DNA from: a virus
Lineage: Duplodnaviria > Heunggongvirae > Uroviricota > Caudoviricetes
Direction: 5' to 3' (one strand)
Virus record (IMG/VR): IMGVR_UViG_3300029906_000003
Location: 64,001-128,000 of that record
DNA: 64,000 bases
The translations under genes and the position numbers were made by a program. The notes under the pieces were generated by a model. The model saw only the letters and a list, made by a program, of their open reading frames with translations, made no database searches and had not been told where the DNA came from. This document shows, one piece after another, positions 11,384-24,410 of this stretch; the first letter of the stretch is position 1, and each line of letters starts with the position of its first letter.

Positions 11384-11843
11384 TCAAAAAATAATTGACT
11401 TTCAGAAAGAAAAACAAAAGAAAGAAAAGATAGAAATTGAATCAAATAACCTATATGAAATAAATAAGAATCTTATTTCACAGGCTTCTCCTTTGTCTCA
11501 AGAAGAAATTAATGATAAGATAGATTCTGTTATTATCCCTTTCTTTTGGAAAACTATTAATCAGAAATTAAATATAGAAGATAGTGATTGTACTTATTTC
11601 ATGTTACTATGTAGAGAAGCTAATGACTATACTTTATTTAATTTTAGATTATACCTAGATTACAAAGAGCCTCTTATCATTGCAGGAGATGAAATTTATA
11701 CTTGCATGAAGAATCGCGGCCAGGTCTATAGTATAGAAAATACAGAAGATAACTATGCTATTGAAATCTGGTTAGACCATAAACAGCATGGTCTTGTATG
11801 TTATTACTTGTTCCCATATGATGAAGGAGTAATAGAGATATGA
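11376..11843 (+). CDS. Hypothetical protein
   Basis: Open frame coupled to nrdG; the start could be 11349 or 11358. Confidence 0.65.
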   Translation: MTNQKIIDFQKEKQKKEKIEIESNNLYEINKNLISQASPLSQEEINDKIDSVIIPFFWKTINQKLNIEDSDCTYFMLLCREANDYTLFNFRLYLDYKEPLIIAGDEIYTCMKNRGQVYSIENTEDNYAIEIWLDHKQHGLVCYYLFPYDEGVIEI

Positions 11844-12112
11844 GTAAGATGATAATAACTATTCAACCTTTTACAATTACTTAGAAAATAGAGATTTTTT
11901 CTGATGAAGGACAAAAAATAGGGACTACTAATACAACAATAAAGTCTCTGGTTAAAGATATATTCGGGACTATTGAAGCCTTCAAGAATATAGATATTTC
12001 TAAAATTTTCTTGATAGGCCCCAAAAAGTATTGTTATGATTTAGATAGAAGAATCAGAGAAAAAGAATTAGAACAATATCATTGTAATAAAATAGAAATT
12101 GAGGTATTATAA
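11840..12112 (+). CDS. Hypothetical protein (TAG=Gln)
   Basis: ATGA overlap with the upstream stop, RBS AAGGAG, MSKMIITIQPFTIT[TAG]KIEIF; fills the gap to TAA 12110. Confidence 0.7.
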
Positions 12113-12115
12113 AGT

Positions 12116-12358
12116 ATGAAATATTTGATTCAAACCGTTGAGACTTATAGAGTAGATAGCGAATCAGAAGCCGAGCAGCTTATTCAAGAAGCTAAGAAAG
12201 ATACTAAATTTGATTTGCTTAAATCTTCAACCGAAAAGAAAGATGTTAAGGCAAAAGGAGAAATTATTGATACCTATTACAAGGTTCAATTAAATAAAGG
12301 TTTCAATGAAATTAAAGAACCTGAAACTGATGTTCGTATTATCTATGAGGTGAATTAA
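12116..12358 (+). CDS. Hypothetical protein
   Basis: GAGG RBS, intact ORF within the operon. Confidence 0.7.
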   Translation: MKYLIQTVETYRVDSESEAEQLIQEAKKDTKFDLLKSSTEKKDVKAKGEIIDTYYKVQLNKGFNEIKEPETDVRIIYEVN

Positions 12359-12363
12359 ATAAT

Positions 12364-12801
12364 ATGTCAATGAAAATTAAGTTCCTTAATAATTATGCTC
12401 AAATGCCTTTTCGCGGTAGTTCAGAATCTGCGGGATATGACCTTTATGCGGCCATTGCTGAACCCATTTATATAGCACCGCATACTACTGAATTAATTAG
12501 CACTGGACTAGCTATGGAAATTCCAGGCGGGTGCTTTGGCGGATTATTCCCCCGGAGCGGCTTAGCGACTAAATCTGGTTTACGACTGGCGAACTGTGTC
12601 GGTGTTATAGATTCAGACTATCGGGGGGTTGTACTAGTCCCCCTCCACAATGATACGAATCAAGTTCAGAAAGTTGAACCAGGTGAACGCATTTGTCAAC
12701 TAATTATTCTCCCTTATATTACAGCAGACTTTGAAAGAGTTGACAGCTTGAACGAAACCGAACGCGGCGAAGGCGGATTCGGTCACACTGGAACTAAGTA
12801 A
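12364..12801 (+). CDS. dut: Trimeric dUTPase
   Basis: AGYDL, PRSGLA, GVIDSDYRG, RICQL, RGEGGFGHTG. Confidence 0.95.
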   Translation: MSMKIKFLNNYAQMPFRGSSESAGYDLYAAIAEPIYIAPHTTELISTGLAMEIPGGCFGGLFPRSGLATKSGLRLANCVGVIDSDYRGVVLVPLHNDTNQVQKVEPGERICQLIILPYITADFERVDSLNETERGEGGFGHTGTK

Positions 12802-12896
12802 AAGATTACGAGGACGGCGGGGCCGCCCTCTTTTATTTTACTTGACTATTGCTAATATTTATGTTAAATACTAATTATAAGGAGTTGATATTTAAT

Positions 12897-13397
12897 ATGA
12901 AGATTTTAGCAATAGATGCAAGTACTAAAAGTAGTGGTTTTGCCGTATTTTATGATAAAGAATTAATTTATTCATGCTGCAAAGTTAGCAACTCACCAGA
13001 CTTGATTATCAGAATAGAAAAAATGGCTGATTATGTTTAGCAAATAATTGCAATGTATCCAGATATAGAAAAAATTATATTAGAAGAAGTCCTTCCAGAA
13101 GGAGGCAAAGGAAATATAAAAACTCATAAAGCATTGATGTGGTTGTAGGCAGCAATAGCAATTAGAGTTCATAATATTTATCCTCATATTAAAATTGAAT
13201 ATATATATCCTAGTGAATGGCGGGCGGCCGTAGGTGTAAAGACGGGACGCGGCATAAGACGAACTGAGCTAAAAGAGAAAGATATTAATTTAGTTCAAGA
13301 AAAGTTTGGACTAAAAGTAAATGATGACCATGCTGATGCGATTTTAATTGGCTATGGATATTATTTACTTAATAAAGACAAAATCAATTTTAAATAA
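12897..13397 (+). CDS. RuvC-like Holliday junction resolvase (two TAG=Gln)
   Basis: MKILAIDASTKSSG, ILEE, YPSEWR, NDDHADAILI; open through TAG to TAA 13395. Confidence 0.8.
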
Positions 13398-13399
13398 GA

Positions 13400-13444
13400 A
13401 GAGGGAGGCTCTCCTATTTAGAAGAATCTCCCTCTCATTTTTTT
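13400..13444. terminator. Bidirectional terminator between convergent blocks
   Basis: GAGGGAG / CTCCCTC inverted repeat with a T-run where the + and - operons meet. Confidence 0.55.
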
Positions 13445-13738
13445 AAATATTTTATTAGATAACTATATTATTTCTTCTCCATAAGTAGAAATTAAATCTG
13501 CAAAAATTTCTTCTTCTTCAAGAGATAAAATAACATGGTAAGAGAACATCATTGCATGAGTAATTTCATGGCTAATAACTTTCTTTAATTTATATCCTCT
13601 AAGAGTATTATTAATGAAGATAACTTTCAAATTATTATCGCATGAAGCTAGAGATAATGTTCCATCTTCTCTAAATAACGAAAAATGGTTTGGCTGAACT
13701 GGAATAATATACCATTCAATTCCATTTATCTCAAACAT
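13418..13738 (-). CDS. Small HExxH zinc metallopeptidase-like protein
   Basis: VISHEITHA...EEE; extended past TAG 13463 to TAA 13418. Confidence 0.65.
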
Positions 13739-13740
13739 AC

Positions 13741-14256
13741 TTATTTTATTTTTGTAGCTAGAGTTGCGATTTTCTGCTGCAATAGAGATTTTTCTTCAGG
13801 AGATGCATCCTGAATCATTTCAGTAATATCATGACTCAGTTCAGTCATATATCTATCTAATTCTTTCATTTGAATCTCTTTGCCCTGATGTAGCTGCTTA
13901 GCCTCCATATAGTTTTTACGCACTTCCGCGCTTCTACCCTCGCGTCCATCGCGGACAGGGACGGACTGCCGCATATCCTGATAATACATTTTACTCATAT
14001 TATCTTTATAATGATTATCTTCCAGATAGAAAGGAGGATAAGGCATATAATATTGTGGATGCTCTTTATAATATTTCTTTTCCTATTGACTCTCTTCCAT
14101 AGCTTTGGTAATTGAACAATAATAAAGAGCTTCCTCTAAATCTTTAATCATGTCAATTACTTCTCCAAGTTCATGAGTATCTACTTGATGTAGATTCCCC
14201 ATCTGTCCCTAAGCAATAGACATAAGATTTTCTTTCATTGATTTTAGTCTTTCCAT
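13741..14256 (-). CDS. Hypothetical helical protein
   Basis: GGAGG RBS; MERLKSMKENL...ELGEVIDMIKDLEEA joins the 13741-14046 ORF across TAG. Confidence 0.75.
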
Positions 14257-14280
14257 ACCTTTTATTCACCTCCTATTGTT

Positions 14281-14700
14281 TTAAGCTACTCTTTCAACTA
14301 TTAGATTAGCATTTTGTACATCAATAGACTAATTAGTAGTATTCTTTACGCTAATCTAAGAACAACACCCTGCGGGGACATCTAAGAAAATACTTGAGAA
14401 AACATTATTAAGCTCTTCTAATGCAGCAGGAGTTGAAATCATTGTAGTAGTAGCAACTGGTTCACCATTGATAGCAATAGCCAAAGATACTGGACCTAAA
14501 GTTCCACCTGTGGGCAACCCAACGTTTCCACCAAATGTCACTCTGAATCTCGCGCGGCATTGGTTAGTAATTCCTCTTAAAGTAACTAATCCGCTGCCAG
14601 AACGATGTATAATGGAGCAGCTACCTGCAATCGCGGTATCAGTAAATAAAATATTTTGATTAGCTTCGACAGCTTGCAAAGCATTTGCAGTTAATTCCAT
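14281..14700 (-). CDS. Hypothetical beta-rich protein, possibly BclA-C/C1q-like
   Basis: Extends past TAG 14356 to NANLIVERVA-TAA. The fold is inferred only. Confidence 0.7.
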
Positions 14701-14734
14701 TTCTTATTTCCCTCCATCAATTATTTTATTTTAA

Positions 14735-15559
14735 TTAGCAGCAACCTGTCGTATTGCAGCAACCATTTCTGTATAGACTTAAATAATCATAATTGCAGAA
14801 AGGATTTGGCTGAATATATGCGGGGATGGGGCAAGGCCGCAAAGTTTGGACTAAATAATTGTTTTGTGCAGACTGGCTTGCCGCGAATTTCAAACTCTGA
14901 TTTTCCGCAGTTAAAGCCGCAATCTTATCTTGAGTTAAGAAGTCTAGGATAGAACGAGCATTAGCATTCTGATTATCAATTATATCTCTAGTATTGTCTG
15001 CTATTGCTTGACGAGTCTGACAGGCTTGTGTCGCAAGATTGTATCCCAAATCCGCGAAACCGCGTTCGAGCTGTCTCTAAGTTGAACAGCAGCAATCAGC
15101 CTGCTGAGTTCCTAATGCATTTAACTGCGCTGTAATAGCATTTGTATTCTACATATTAGCAATATTGATTGCGTTCAAATCTTGCTGAATATTAGATGTT
15201 GAATTGGCAATTACAGTATTTAGACCTGCGAAACCTTGATTTTGAGCATTTTGTAAACTATTAAATCCAGTTAATAGACTAGTATTCATGTTATAGAAAC
15301 CATCACAAATTCCATTCTGAATACTTCTAATACCATTCTCAAGATTATTCATATCAAATCCATAAGCGATTTCTTCGCGGGTAGTGGTGCCACTATTCAT
15401 CCCATTTCCGCCAAAGCCCCAACCATTAAAGCAAAAGAGGAAAAGAATGATAATCCACCAAGAACCGTCGCCGAACCATCCTGTATTGCGTCCCCCATTA
15501 GCATCAGTGACCGCCGCGATGTCTGATAAAGAATAACCACCAGCATTGTTATTAAACAT
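14735..15559 (-). CDS. Hypothetical protein: hydrophobic N-terminal segment, coiled coil, Cys-rich tail
   Basis: ORFs 15149-15559 and 14735-15049 join in frame across TAG; GGAGG RBS; WWIIILFLF, DCC, PCPIPAY, GCC. Confidence 0.8.
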
Positions 15560-15565
15560 AAAATT

Positions 15566-15829
15566 TTACCTCCAAAACATTGATAATTGTTGTTTAAACG
15601 AATTAAACTCTTTATCAAAGTCAAGGCCCTTTTCTTTAAATAGATTTCTTGCTATTGCTTCTATTTCATTTGTTTTATTCTATTCAGCCAACTATAATAT
15701 ATTGCTTATTATTGGATTATTATTATTTTGTTTTAAAGCATTTAGCATAAACTGCTAAGGATTTTGCTGTCCAGTTTGAAACATTTGCAATAGCTAAAAG
15801 AGATTATTATTATTATTATTATTATTCAA
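15566..15829 (-). CDS. Asn/Gln-rich hypothetical protein
   Basis: TTG start, poly-Asn, NP[TAG]QFMLNAL...IARNLFKEKGLDFD; fills the gap only under code 15. Confidence 0.65.
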
Positions 15830-16256
15830 TATGATTTCCTTCTTTCTATTGCTGGACTAATATTTTCGTTCCAGAATTATTGCTTTTTAAATTTAATATC
15901 ATATCAATCTTATTCTCTAATTCAGATAACCTATTTAGAACAGGAGAAAGGCTATCAGTGTTAGATGCTTGCTTTTGAACAATAGGCTAGAAAGTAATTA
16001 AACTAGTAGTTCCATTGTTATTCCAAGACTTAACATAGATTTCACTTAAATCTGCTTTGGGAAAGATACCATAACCACCTATAGGAACCTCTGTTGCTTT
16101 TACAACATCCTCACTATCAACAATCTTTCCATTTAAAGTTTGCGGGGCGGCCGTCCCCTACGGATAGGATTGCGTTGCGTAAGTGGGATATTGCATACTT
16201 GGCATCTATCCTTGCGTATAAGGATAATTATTATAACTAGGATAATAATAATTCAT
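15822..16256 (-). CDS. Hypothetical protein with a Tyr/Pro/Gln-rich N-terminus
   Basis: MNYYYPSYNNYP...LNGKIVDS...IYVKSWNNNG; RBS AAGGAG. Confidence 0.7.
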
Positions 16257-16377
16257 TTGTCTTATCTAACTCCTTTCATTTTTGACTTTGTTACTATATA
16301 TAAATTTTAATTAAAACTTATTTACTTATGCGGTCCAAATTTTAATTAAAATTTGATAAATTAAGCACACAACATAA

Positions 16378-16416
16378 AAAAATAAGACAGACGTAAAAAT
16401 ATACGTCTGTCTTTTA
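16378..16416 (-). terminator. Intrinsic terminator at the end of the tail operon
   Basis: AAGACAGACGTA / TACGTCTGTCTT stem with flanking A/T runs. Confidence 0.75.
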
Positions 16417-16478
16417 TATTGCTTGTTTTATCAGAAAATTATATTGTTACAGAAGGAATTTTGCTTGCGGCCGCGCCC

Positions 16479-16718
16479 TTATAACATCATAAAATCTATA
16501 TAGGTATCTGCTTCTTCGTCCTAATCAAAAAAAAGAGATTCTATATGAGTTCCTTCTATCTCAAGTATTCCAGTTTGGCCTATTTCAAATTCCATTCCAT
16601 TAATATGGATAGAATGATTTGGCTTACTAAAAATACCTATCTTCATTATATTAGCTATATCCTATATTAGTTCTTGGTTGGCTTCAAATGGGCCTTGTAA
16701 CTAAAAAGTTTTAGTCAT
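16479..16718 (-). CDS. Small hypothetical tail-region protein
   Basis: GGAGG RBS; MTKTF[TAG]LQGPF...IGQTGILEI...IDFMML. Confidence 0.65.
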
Positions 16719-16723
16719 TTTAA

Positions 16724-18472
16724 TCAATCCTCCACTATAAACCAAACAGTACCAATCGGTAAATCTTCCGCTTGTTCAAGTAATTCATCATCATCTTCAT
16801 ATCCAACAATAACACCTTGCGTCTATGTTACTTGGCCTGCGGCGCTTGCGTCTCCAACATAATACCAAGTCCTATTTAAGTAATCATAAGCAAAAAATTT
16901 CTTCTAATCATCAGTATCTCCCACGGTAATTATCTTACCATGTAAGTCTACATTGTCACTAGGCAAACCGTTCGGGTAATCAATATTTAATTGATTAACT
17001 ATTCTAATATTAGAAGTCCCATCAGGAAAATGACTTAAAGGAAGATTTAACCCTATTAAGATACCAGAATCATCTTTAACTGCGCCAAGGTCGTACCAAT
17101 CATCGCGTCCTTCATAAGTTACAGTCTAGCCCTATTCCTACAAGGACTGGCGCCGCGCAGGGTCAGAGAACAGAACTAACACATGATAATTAGCTGGATT
17201 GATAGTAACATCCATTATATAATTTAATGGATTGCCTATTGATTCTTGCGTGCCATCATTATAAGTAACTTGAATCTTCTGACTACCAGCACCTTCAGTT
17301 ATTCCAGTATCTAGCTAAATATCCGTAGGGAACTTTAGCACTGTTTCAAAATCTGGTTCGTCTCCACTATATTCAATACGGAATGTGCCATCATTAGCTA
17401 GTGTAACGCTAGTTATCCATTTAATAGATTCTTGTATTGTGTCAGAAGTTCCATCATTATAATTAACAATTAAACTTCCGTTATCTTGCATCTGAATATT
17501 ACTTATCCATTTTAGAGTATTTTCAACAGTAGTTGATTCGCCAGTTGTATAATCAATAGAAAGCTAACCTTCTGGGCTTAGATGAACCGCGGTAATCCAG
17601 CGCGCAATAACGCTAATAATCTAATCGTCACCATGCGTATAATGAATTGTTATATGCCCTTCACTATCCATAGAGATATTCTCAATCATATTGTAATCCC
17701 CAATATAAATTGTTCTTACATCTCCATGCTCATTATTATCATAATTAATTTCATCATATACAACTATATTTCTAGCGTTAGTTACATCATCATCTTTACC
17801 ATTATAATCTTCTACATTAGAGTCAGATGCTGTAATAACGCGGAGATTGCTCATGGTATTGCCCTTGACGCCTTTAGGAATATGGACTTTCCATTTCTCA
17901 TAAAAAGGATGGTTAGAAGTATCTTCTCTTTCAATTAAAGCTCCTGTATAATGAGTATCAACAGAATCAGCTTCATAGTCAATTACAGTATATGGAATCT
18001 AAAATCCAATATATGAAATAGTGTCTGTCCCATCTGGATTAGTAACAGAACAATAAGCCCATTTAATTGAATCATTATAAGTATCTCCATCTTTTCCTGG
18101 AATTAAATTTCCATCAGTAGGAGAATATTCCCCTTGTCCAGTAAAAGCAACTCCTTCTTGGTTAGCTTTTTCTTCAATATCTTGTACTGTTGTTAATACG
18201 AAATGCGGGCTTGCGCCCCCCGCGCCTTTTATCTAGCATAGGTATTCGGCGCCACCCATGTCATTCGTGTAATCATACCCGCGTCTGTAAATTTTGCCAT
18301 TATCTTCATTACCTAAGTCATTCGTACTAATAATAACGTACTCATCGAAAGCAACATCTTCATAGCTTTCGCCTTGTCTAAAAGCATTCACCATTTCTAT
18401 AACAGATGAGAAGCTTTTTCTTAGAATAAATGAAGCGCCTTGGCGGCCTCCATAAAAGCTAAAATTGCTCAT
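16724..18472 (-). CDS. Putative tail/baseplate protein
   Basis: MSNFSFYGGRQGASF; fragments 18233-18472 and 17621-17854 share a frame; ends TGA 16724. Confidence 0.7.
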
Positions 18473-18487
18473 TATTTATCCGCCTCC

Positions 18488-19045
18488 TTAATATTGATAA
18501 TCCATAATGAAGAAAGTATCACTATTCTATTGAATAATGAAACCTATATATTCTACTTTTATGTTTTTAATCATTTCATAAATACCAAAACGTCCAACTT
18601 TAATTTCTTCTCCGTTAATGCACATTGTTAATCCAGAAGGCCCCTAAATACCAACTTTAACTAACGAAGATATACTTAAATCATTAAGAATATTTTTCAC
18701 TATTTGAAGCTGATTAATAGCTATAGTTAAATTAGCGCCGTTTGTCCCTTGAATAACTATTTTCGTATAATTTGAATTAGGAGTAATAACAGTGCTTAAT
18801 ATATTCTAAACGTTAGCAATTACTTCAAAAGTTTTAACTAACTAACTATCATTGTTTTCTTCCTTTTGTAAATATACAGAGATAGTTGAATTAACATCAC
18901 TCTTCAAATTAAAATTTATATAATAGCTTGTATCAGGAAGTAAATTGACATTATTAACAGTCTATCCGCAAAAAGAATATCCTGTTACATTAGTTAAATA
19001 GTTTTGGATATTATTTTTTCTTAATTGCCCAATTTGTAATGCCAT
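18488..19045 (-). CDS. Hypothetical tail-region protein
   Basis: GGAGG RBS; MALQIGQLRKN...LVKVGI[TAG]GPSG...IDYQY. Confidence 0.7.
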
Positions 19046-19065
19046 TCTTTCAATTCCCTCCTTAA

Positions 19066-21114
19066 TTAAAATCTTTCTAATATGCGAGTTGCGGAGATAG
19101 TCATTGAACTCTATATATCTAAAGGTATTGTGATAGTATTTATCATATAATCTCCATATATATTACTCTTTAAATCGTTTACTGTAATTCTTGTATTAAC
19201 ATCTAAGTAATATATGGGGAGAGTCTAAAGCGAAATACTTTCGTTATAACTAGTATACTAGTACATCAGTTCCTTAACTTTCTCATAAGCAGAATTTTGA
19301 GAACCGCCAGTAGCTAATAAAGTATATATAGACCCTGGAACTTGAATGTAGTCTTGGCCTTTTCTTTGAGCTTCTTCTCTTAGCTCTTCAACTATGGCCG
19401 CATCCTGACTAGAATCAATCATAACTAAATTAGGAACATCCTGCTCAAAGATACAATTAATTTTATCATCAACAACTACTTTAGACCTCTTTCCAATATT
19501 GGAAATACTTAATTCAGAAATAGAAGCATTTGCGTCAATAAAATCTAAAAAATAATCTAAAGAACTTGGGTCTTCAACATATTTATCATAAAACTTACCT
19601 TGAGACATATCATACATCTTAGGCCATTCATTGTTTAATTCAGTATAATAATCATTTGTGTCTAAACTAAAACCTTCCGCCTAAGCACCAGATAAATATA
19701 GCTCTGAACGCCAATCTGTTGTAGTGACATCTCGTATTTGTGAAGCGAAACTTACATAACTATTAGTTGAACTATCCCATTTATAAACTTTATTTGTATC
19801 AAGAGCCAAGTAAAAAGTATCTTCGGCTCCTGTAATGGGGAACTCACTCTATGTTGAATAGGGGACTGGCCGCTTCACTTTTACAATGCCTGTATCTGGT
19901 TCTTCATAAAAGAATACTTTATAAGTATTTCCAGTTTTAGGCTTTGAATCAATAGCAAGATGATAACGGATGGGATATTGGGCGCCAGTTGTTGAGTCTT
20001 CTCTCATGCCCCATACAATAAAATCATTCTTAATCATATTATACTACGGGGCGTTCGAATATGACATAACAAGGGATGCGTCGTCAAATTCATAGACGGA
20101 CTTGCCGCGTGTTATATCAATTAAATAATCATTCTAATCCATATCATTCAAGTCTACTGTTGATTTAGATGTGTTAAGATAATTCTTAATCTCCTAGAAT
20201 ACAAAGTTCCCATCTAAATCATAAAAATATTCATAATTACCTAGAGTATTTTTTATTTTGTCTAAAATATTACAAACTGTATTGCCCGCATCACCTATTA
20301 ATTCATCTGGATAAACAAAATCTGTATAAATATATCCAACATCTTGTCCACTTTCATAAGTGTCATATCCGTCTATCAAGCCCGCGGCCAGCTAAGAATC
20401 AACTAATTCTTTGTCTGTTGTTGCATTGTATTGCACCTATTGATTCTATGTATACTAAGTAATGTATAAAGGATTTGCGCCTATCCATTTCATTACTTTG
20501 CGTATTCTTTCATCTACATCGCTAATAATAATCTTAGATAACTATTCATTTCCAAAATAATTAACAACGTATCTAATTATCTTATATATTGTATCTTTCT
20601 TGGTTTCATAAGTTCCATTTTCTGTCAATGTATCATAAGAGTCAAATGTTACGCTGGCGGGCAGCGTCCCCCCGCATTCACCATTGAGTAAGCACATTTT
20701 ATCCTTGAGCTATAATGTTGCAACAACATTAGCCCCTACGCTATGTGAGATTTGAATACTACTAATTACATAAACACCCAGTGGATACCAAATTATAGGA
20801 TAATCAGTATACTAATTACTATAATTTTTCAATCCAATTTCTAATTTAACCTTTTTGCTAATTGATAGAGAATTTTTTACATTAGTAATATCAGCATTAT
20901 CTGAATCTATCAAGATATTTATGTTAGCTGTTCTACGAATAGACGAGTTCCCATTTAAATTGATTGAACCGCCAGTTGCTCGCCCCTATATTTCTTCTAT
21001 TGGTTGTTCTGCCCAATTAAGAATAATAATCTTAATAAACTAATCCCTGATTTTAATGCTATCCATTTGCTTTAAAAAAGATTTATCTCTTAAATAAGGA
21101 TATTTACTGTTCAC
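19066..21114 (-). CDS. Putative tail-tip/baseplate hub protein
   Basis: GTG start after GGAGG; fragments 20194-20379, 19849-20037 and 19258-19617 share a frame; NYEYFYDLDGNFVF. Confidence 0.7.
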
Positions 21115-23749
21115 TCTGATATTCCTCCTTTAAAACTCTGCAATAATAATTAAGGATTGCTTCCGCAGCAGTTTGAACATTATTATTATCATCCATCTCA
21201 TACCAATTATTATTGTACCAAATAAATCTCTTATTATCAACTACTTGATAAACATGGTTCGCTTCTGGATAAATTATTTCACTAGTAGAATTATAAACTT
21301 TACCTATTTCTGTAAAGAATTTATTAGCTCCAACCAATTCCTCTCTATCATCTAAAGTTTCTTCAAGATGAATACCTCCGAAATATATATTCGAAATTCT
21401 TAGGTTATCATCTATTATAGTCAATAGATTCGTGTCATTAATTACATGACATACTGGTTCAGATTCAGCAGAAGTCTAAATATAAATAACTGTGCCAGAA
21501 TTTGCTTCAACTTGGACACCGCCAACTAAAATCAATCTTTGAGAAGCATTAACAATTTGATAAGTATATTTCTATTCAATTATCTCATAAGCATTTTCTT
21601 CATAATCAAAAGCAGACCATAATTGACCAATAATGTCTTTATAAGTGTATAACTGACTTGTAGTGCTTTCTTCTTCTATAAGATTTGTTATAGTTAATAA
21701 AGCTGTATAATCAAGTTCTATATTAGAATCAATAGGAAAAGAAATTGAAATAATCTCTCCATCTCCTAAGTCATTTATCTAATATAGCCCATTCTAATTG
21801 ACCATAATTGGGATATTGTTGATATACACAATATAACCTAAACCAATAGAAGAAGATAATGGGTCTGATGCGGCCAGGGGTGCCAAACCGGAACTCGTCT
21901 CTTTAATGTAATAAGGCTCGTCCGCAAACTATAACTTAATACTTGTTAATTTATCAAATTCAGTTCTTGACATACTAGTCTGACTCTCATAACGTGCGGC
22001 AATGGCGTCCACGATGTTCTCATTTGCGTTCACTGTATCATAGACCTAGCCTAGAACTTCAACGGTTTGAATACTAGTGGTGTCAGGGACGAGGTCCGCA
22101 TCTGCTTCACTATTCATCTATTCTTTTTCAATGATGTTATAATTTAAATAATTGTCAAAGGTATCTGTCGCAATTTCATACGCCTCACAGCTAAAGCTAT
22201 ATAAATATCTTCCTAATGATTGTTGCGGGCTAAGGCTAATGTTCATCAACTTGACAAGAACGTTCCCCTCAGTTAATGTCTTAAACAATTTAATATTATC
22301 TGCGTATAGGAACTAAATAATTTTTTCGCGGAACTCGCGTTCATGCACATAATCATTGAAGTCCGTAATGTTCTGGGTTTCGTTGTATGCTGCATATAAC
22401 GGGCTGGCCGCATCTCCATATAATTCATCTTTACTTATAAAAGTATCATTGTAATCATTAAAGAAAGTAATTAGTCCAGAAATGCTTAGAGAGCGATAGT
22501 TAATATAACCATTGCGTCTAATATAGGGGTACTGCGCTCCAAGTGTTTCAGTACGAGCTTCCGCAATATTCTGCCGCATTGAAGATACTTGTTGGTTATA
22601 TCTTATTCTTACCTATTGATTATTTGCTATCAAGAACATATCTTCAAAATAAGCTAATACAGGTTCTTCCATTTCAGTTACTGCACCCCGCGACCCTGGC
22701 CCCAACTTTTTCTGGGCTGCGTATTTATACCAAACGCCGCTCTACACAGTTATATCATACCAGACAAAATTAATATTATCTTCAACATTATATACTCTTT
22801 CATATACATCTTCCCAAATATTGAAATTACTCTTACTAGAAGTTCGTCTTATAATAACGCTACCTGTAAAATTCTAAAATTCAGTTGCCGCGATAGACAC
22901 TTTAATTGAACCCATTTCAGCATCGTTTTCCGCGATTATATTTGCATTAAGAGGATTATCTGTAGCTTGAACAATTAATAATGTATAGTCAAAAGTCTAA
23001 AAGTAATAATTTCTTGTTTCAATACTAATAGTTAATAAATAAGCTGTTCCAGGTTCTAACAAGTAATCTAATGTATAATTTAATTGATTAGAATTCTAGG
23101 AACTATTAGTATAAATAATCCCACTATCTAATACCAATTCTGGATTGCTTGTATCTTCATTGTTATATAATTTAATCTAATAGTTAGATAACTAATCACT
23201 TTCATTCTCATCCTCAAAAACAAGTGAACCAACTATATCAACATTGCTATTAGAAAAAATAACATCGCCTTCGTCAGGAAAATTAACTAGCTAAAGACTT
23301 GGTTGACTAATTGCGCGGATTAAGCAAATAGTTGACCATTCAGAGAATAATTCTTTGTTATCTACTAACCATTTATCTATTCCCACATCACTAGGTGGCT
23401 CTGGCGCTGTAGAACTCGTGAAACGAATCTATACTTTATAGTACTAGTTTATCTCGAAACCATTCTAAATGTCTTCAGGAGATATTTCAATATAGTACTA
23501 GTCAGACGCCCTGGCCGCGTCTCTCTTTACTTCACATAATTTTATTTCATTAGGATATTTTGTTTGTGCTAAGACAGATTTGTTTGTCTATTGATTTGAA
23601 ATAGTTACTTGCGCGTTTTTATTAATCTCGTTAAAGCTATTATATATAGATAAAGAAAAATAAACGCGGCAAGTCTCTGTAGCAAGGAACGCATCCTGAT
23701 ACGTTGGCATTTGCGGCGGATATAAATTCATTATGTTCAAATCTGCCAT
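21104..23749 (-). CDS. Large putative tail/baseplate protein
   Basis: MADLNIMNLYPPQMPTY; fragments 22313-22579 and 21104-21424 share a frame; many TAG. Confidence 0.7.
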
Positions 23750-23771
23750 TTTTTATCTCTCCTTTTATCTC

Positions 23772-24329
23772 TCATCCTTCGGTATTAGTTGGCGGCTATC
23801 TTGGTAACTTTCTTAAATCATTAACTAAATTCTCTACAAAAGAATTGCCATCTTCTTCTTGATAACATTGAAATCTTTTCTCAATACATTCTAAAGTAAA
23901 ATCATCTATCCATCCGCGATGAAGATAATAATGATGCTTTTCTGTTACATAAGCCTTAATATCTTCTTTATCAGAATCTAATAAGATATTTACTTTTTTC
24001 ATAAGAATCTAAAGGTTATTATTGATTTCGTTCTATTGTTTTAAGAAAGTTTTGAATTCTTGTTCTGTCTCTTCGAGTCTCTTTTCTAAATTACTCATTC
24101 TAGTTTCAAGAGAAAGAATCTTATCACTATTGGCTTTCAACTTAGCATCATAGCTGTCAATTTTGTCTTGTTCTTTCTAATCTAAAATTTCTTCTTGTTT
24201 AAAAGAATCAATTTTCTTTTTAACCCAATCTACAAAATTAATGAACTCTTTTACAGCCAAAGCTAATATGACTATAAAAATTAATATATCAGATATTTCA
24301 TAAGTAGTCAATAATTCTAACATTCTCAT
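23772..24329 (-). CDS. Putative holin-like membrane protein
   Basis: N-terminal TM ILIFIVILALAV, coiled coil, C-terminal YQEEDGNSFV; at least 4 in-frame TAG. Function inferred from architecture. Confidence 0.55.
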
Positions 24330-24371
24330 TATCAGCCTCCTTCTCATAAAGTTATTTAAAAATAAATAAAA

Positions 24372-24396
24372 AAGATGGTCTAAGATAGACCATCTT
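24372..24396 (-). terminator. Hairpin terminator
   Basis: AAGATGGTCTA / TAGACCATCTT with a U-run on the minus strand. Confidence 0.65.
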
Positions 24397-24410
24397 CCTT
24401 AAAGTAAATA

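Noticed and set aside
15803..15826. (ATT)8 microsatellite as a phase-variation switch
   Set aside because: The triplet unit encodes poly-Asn in frame, so length change would not switch expression.
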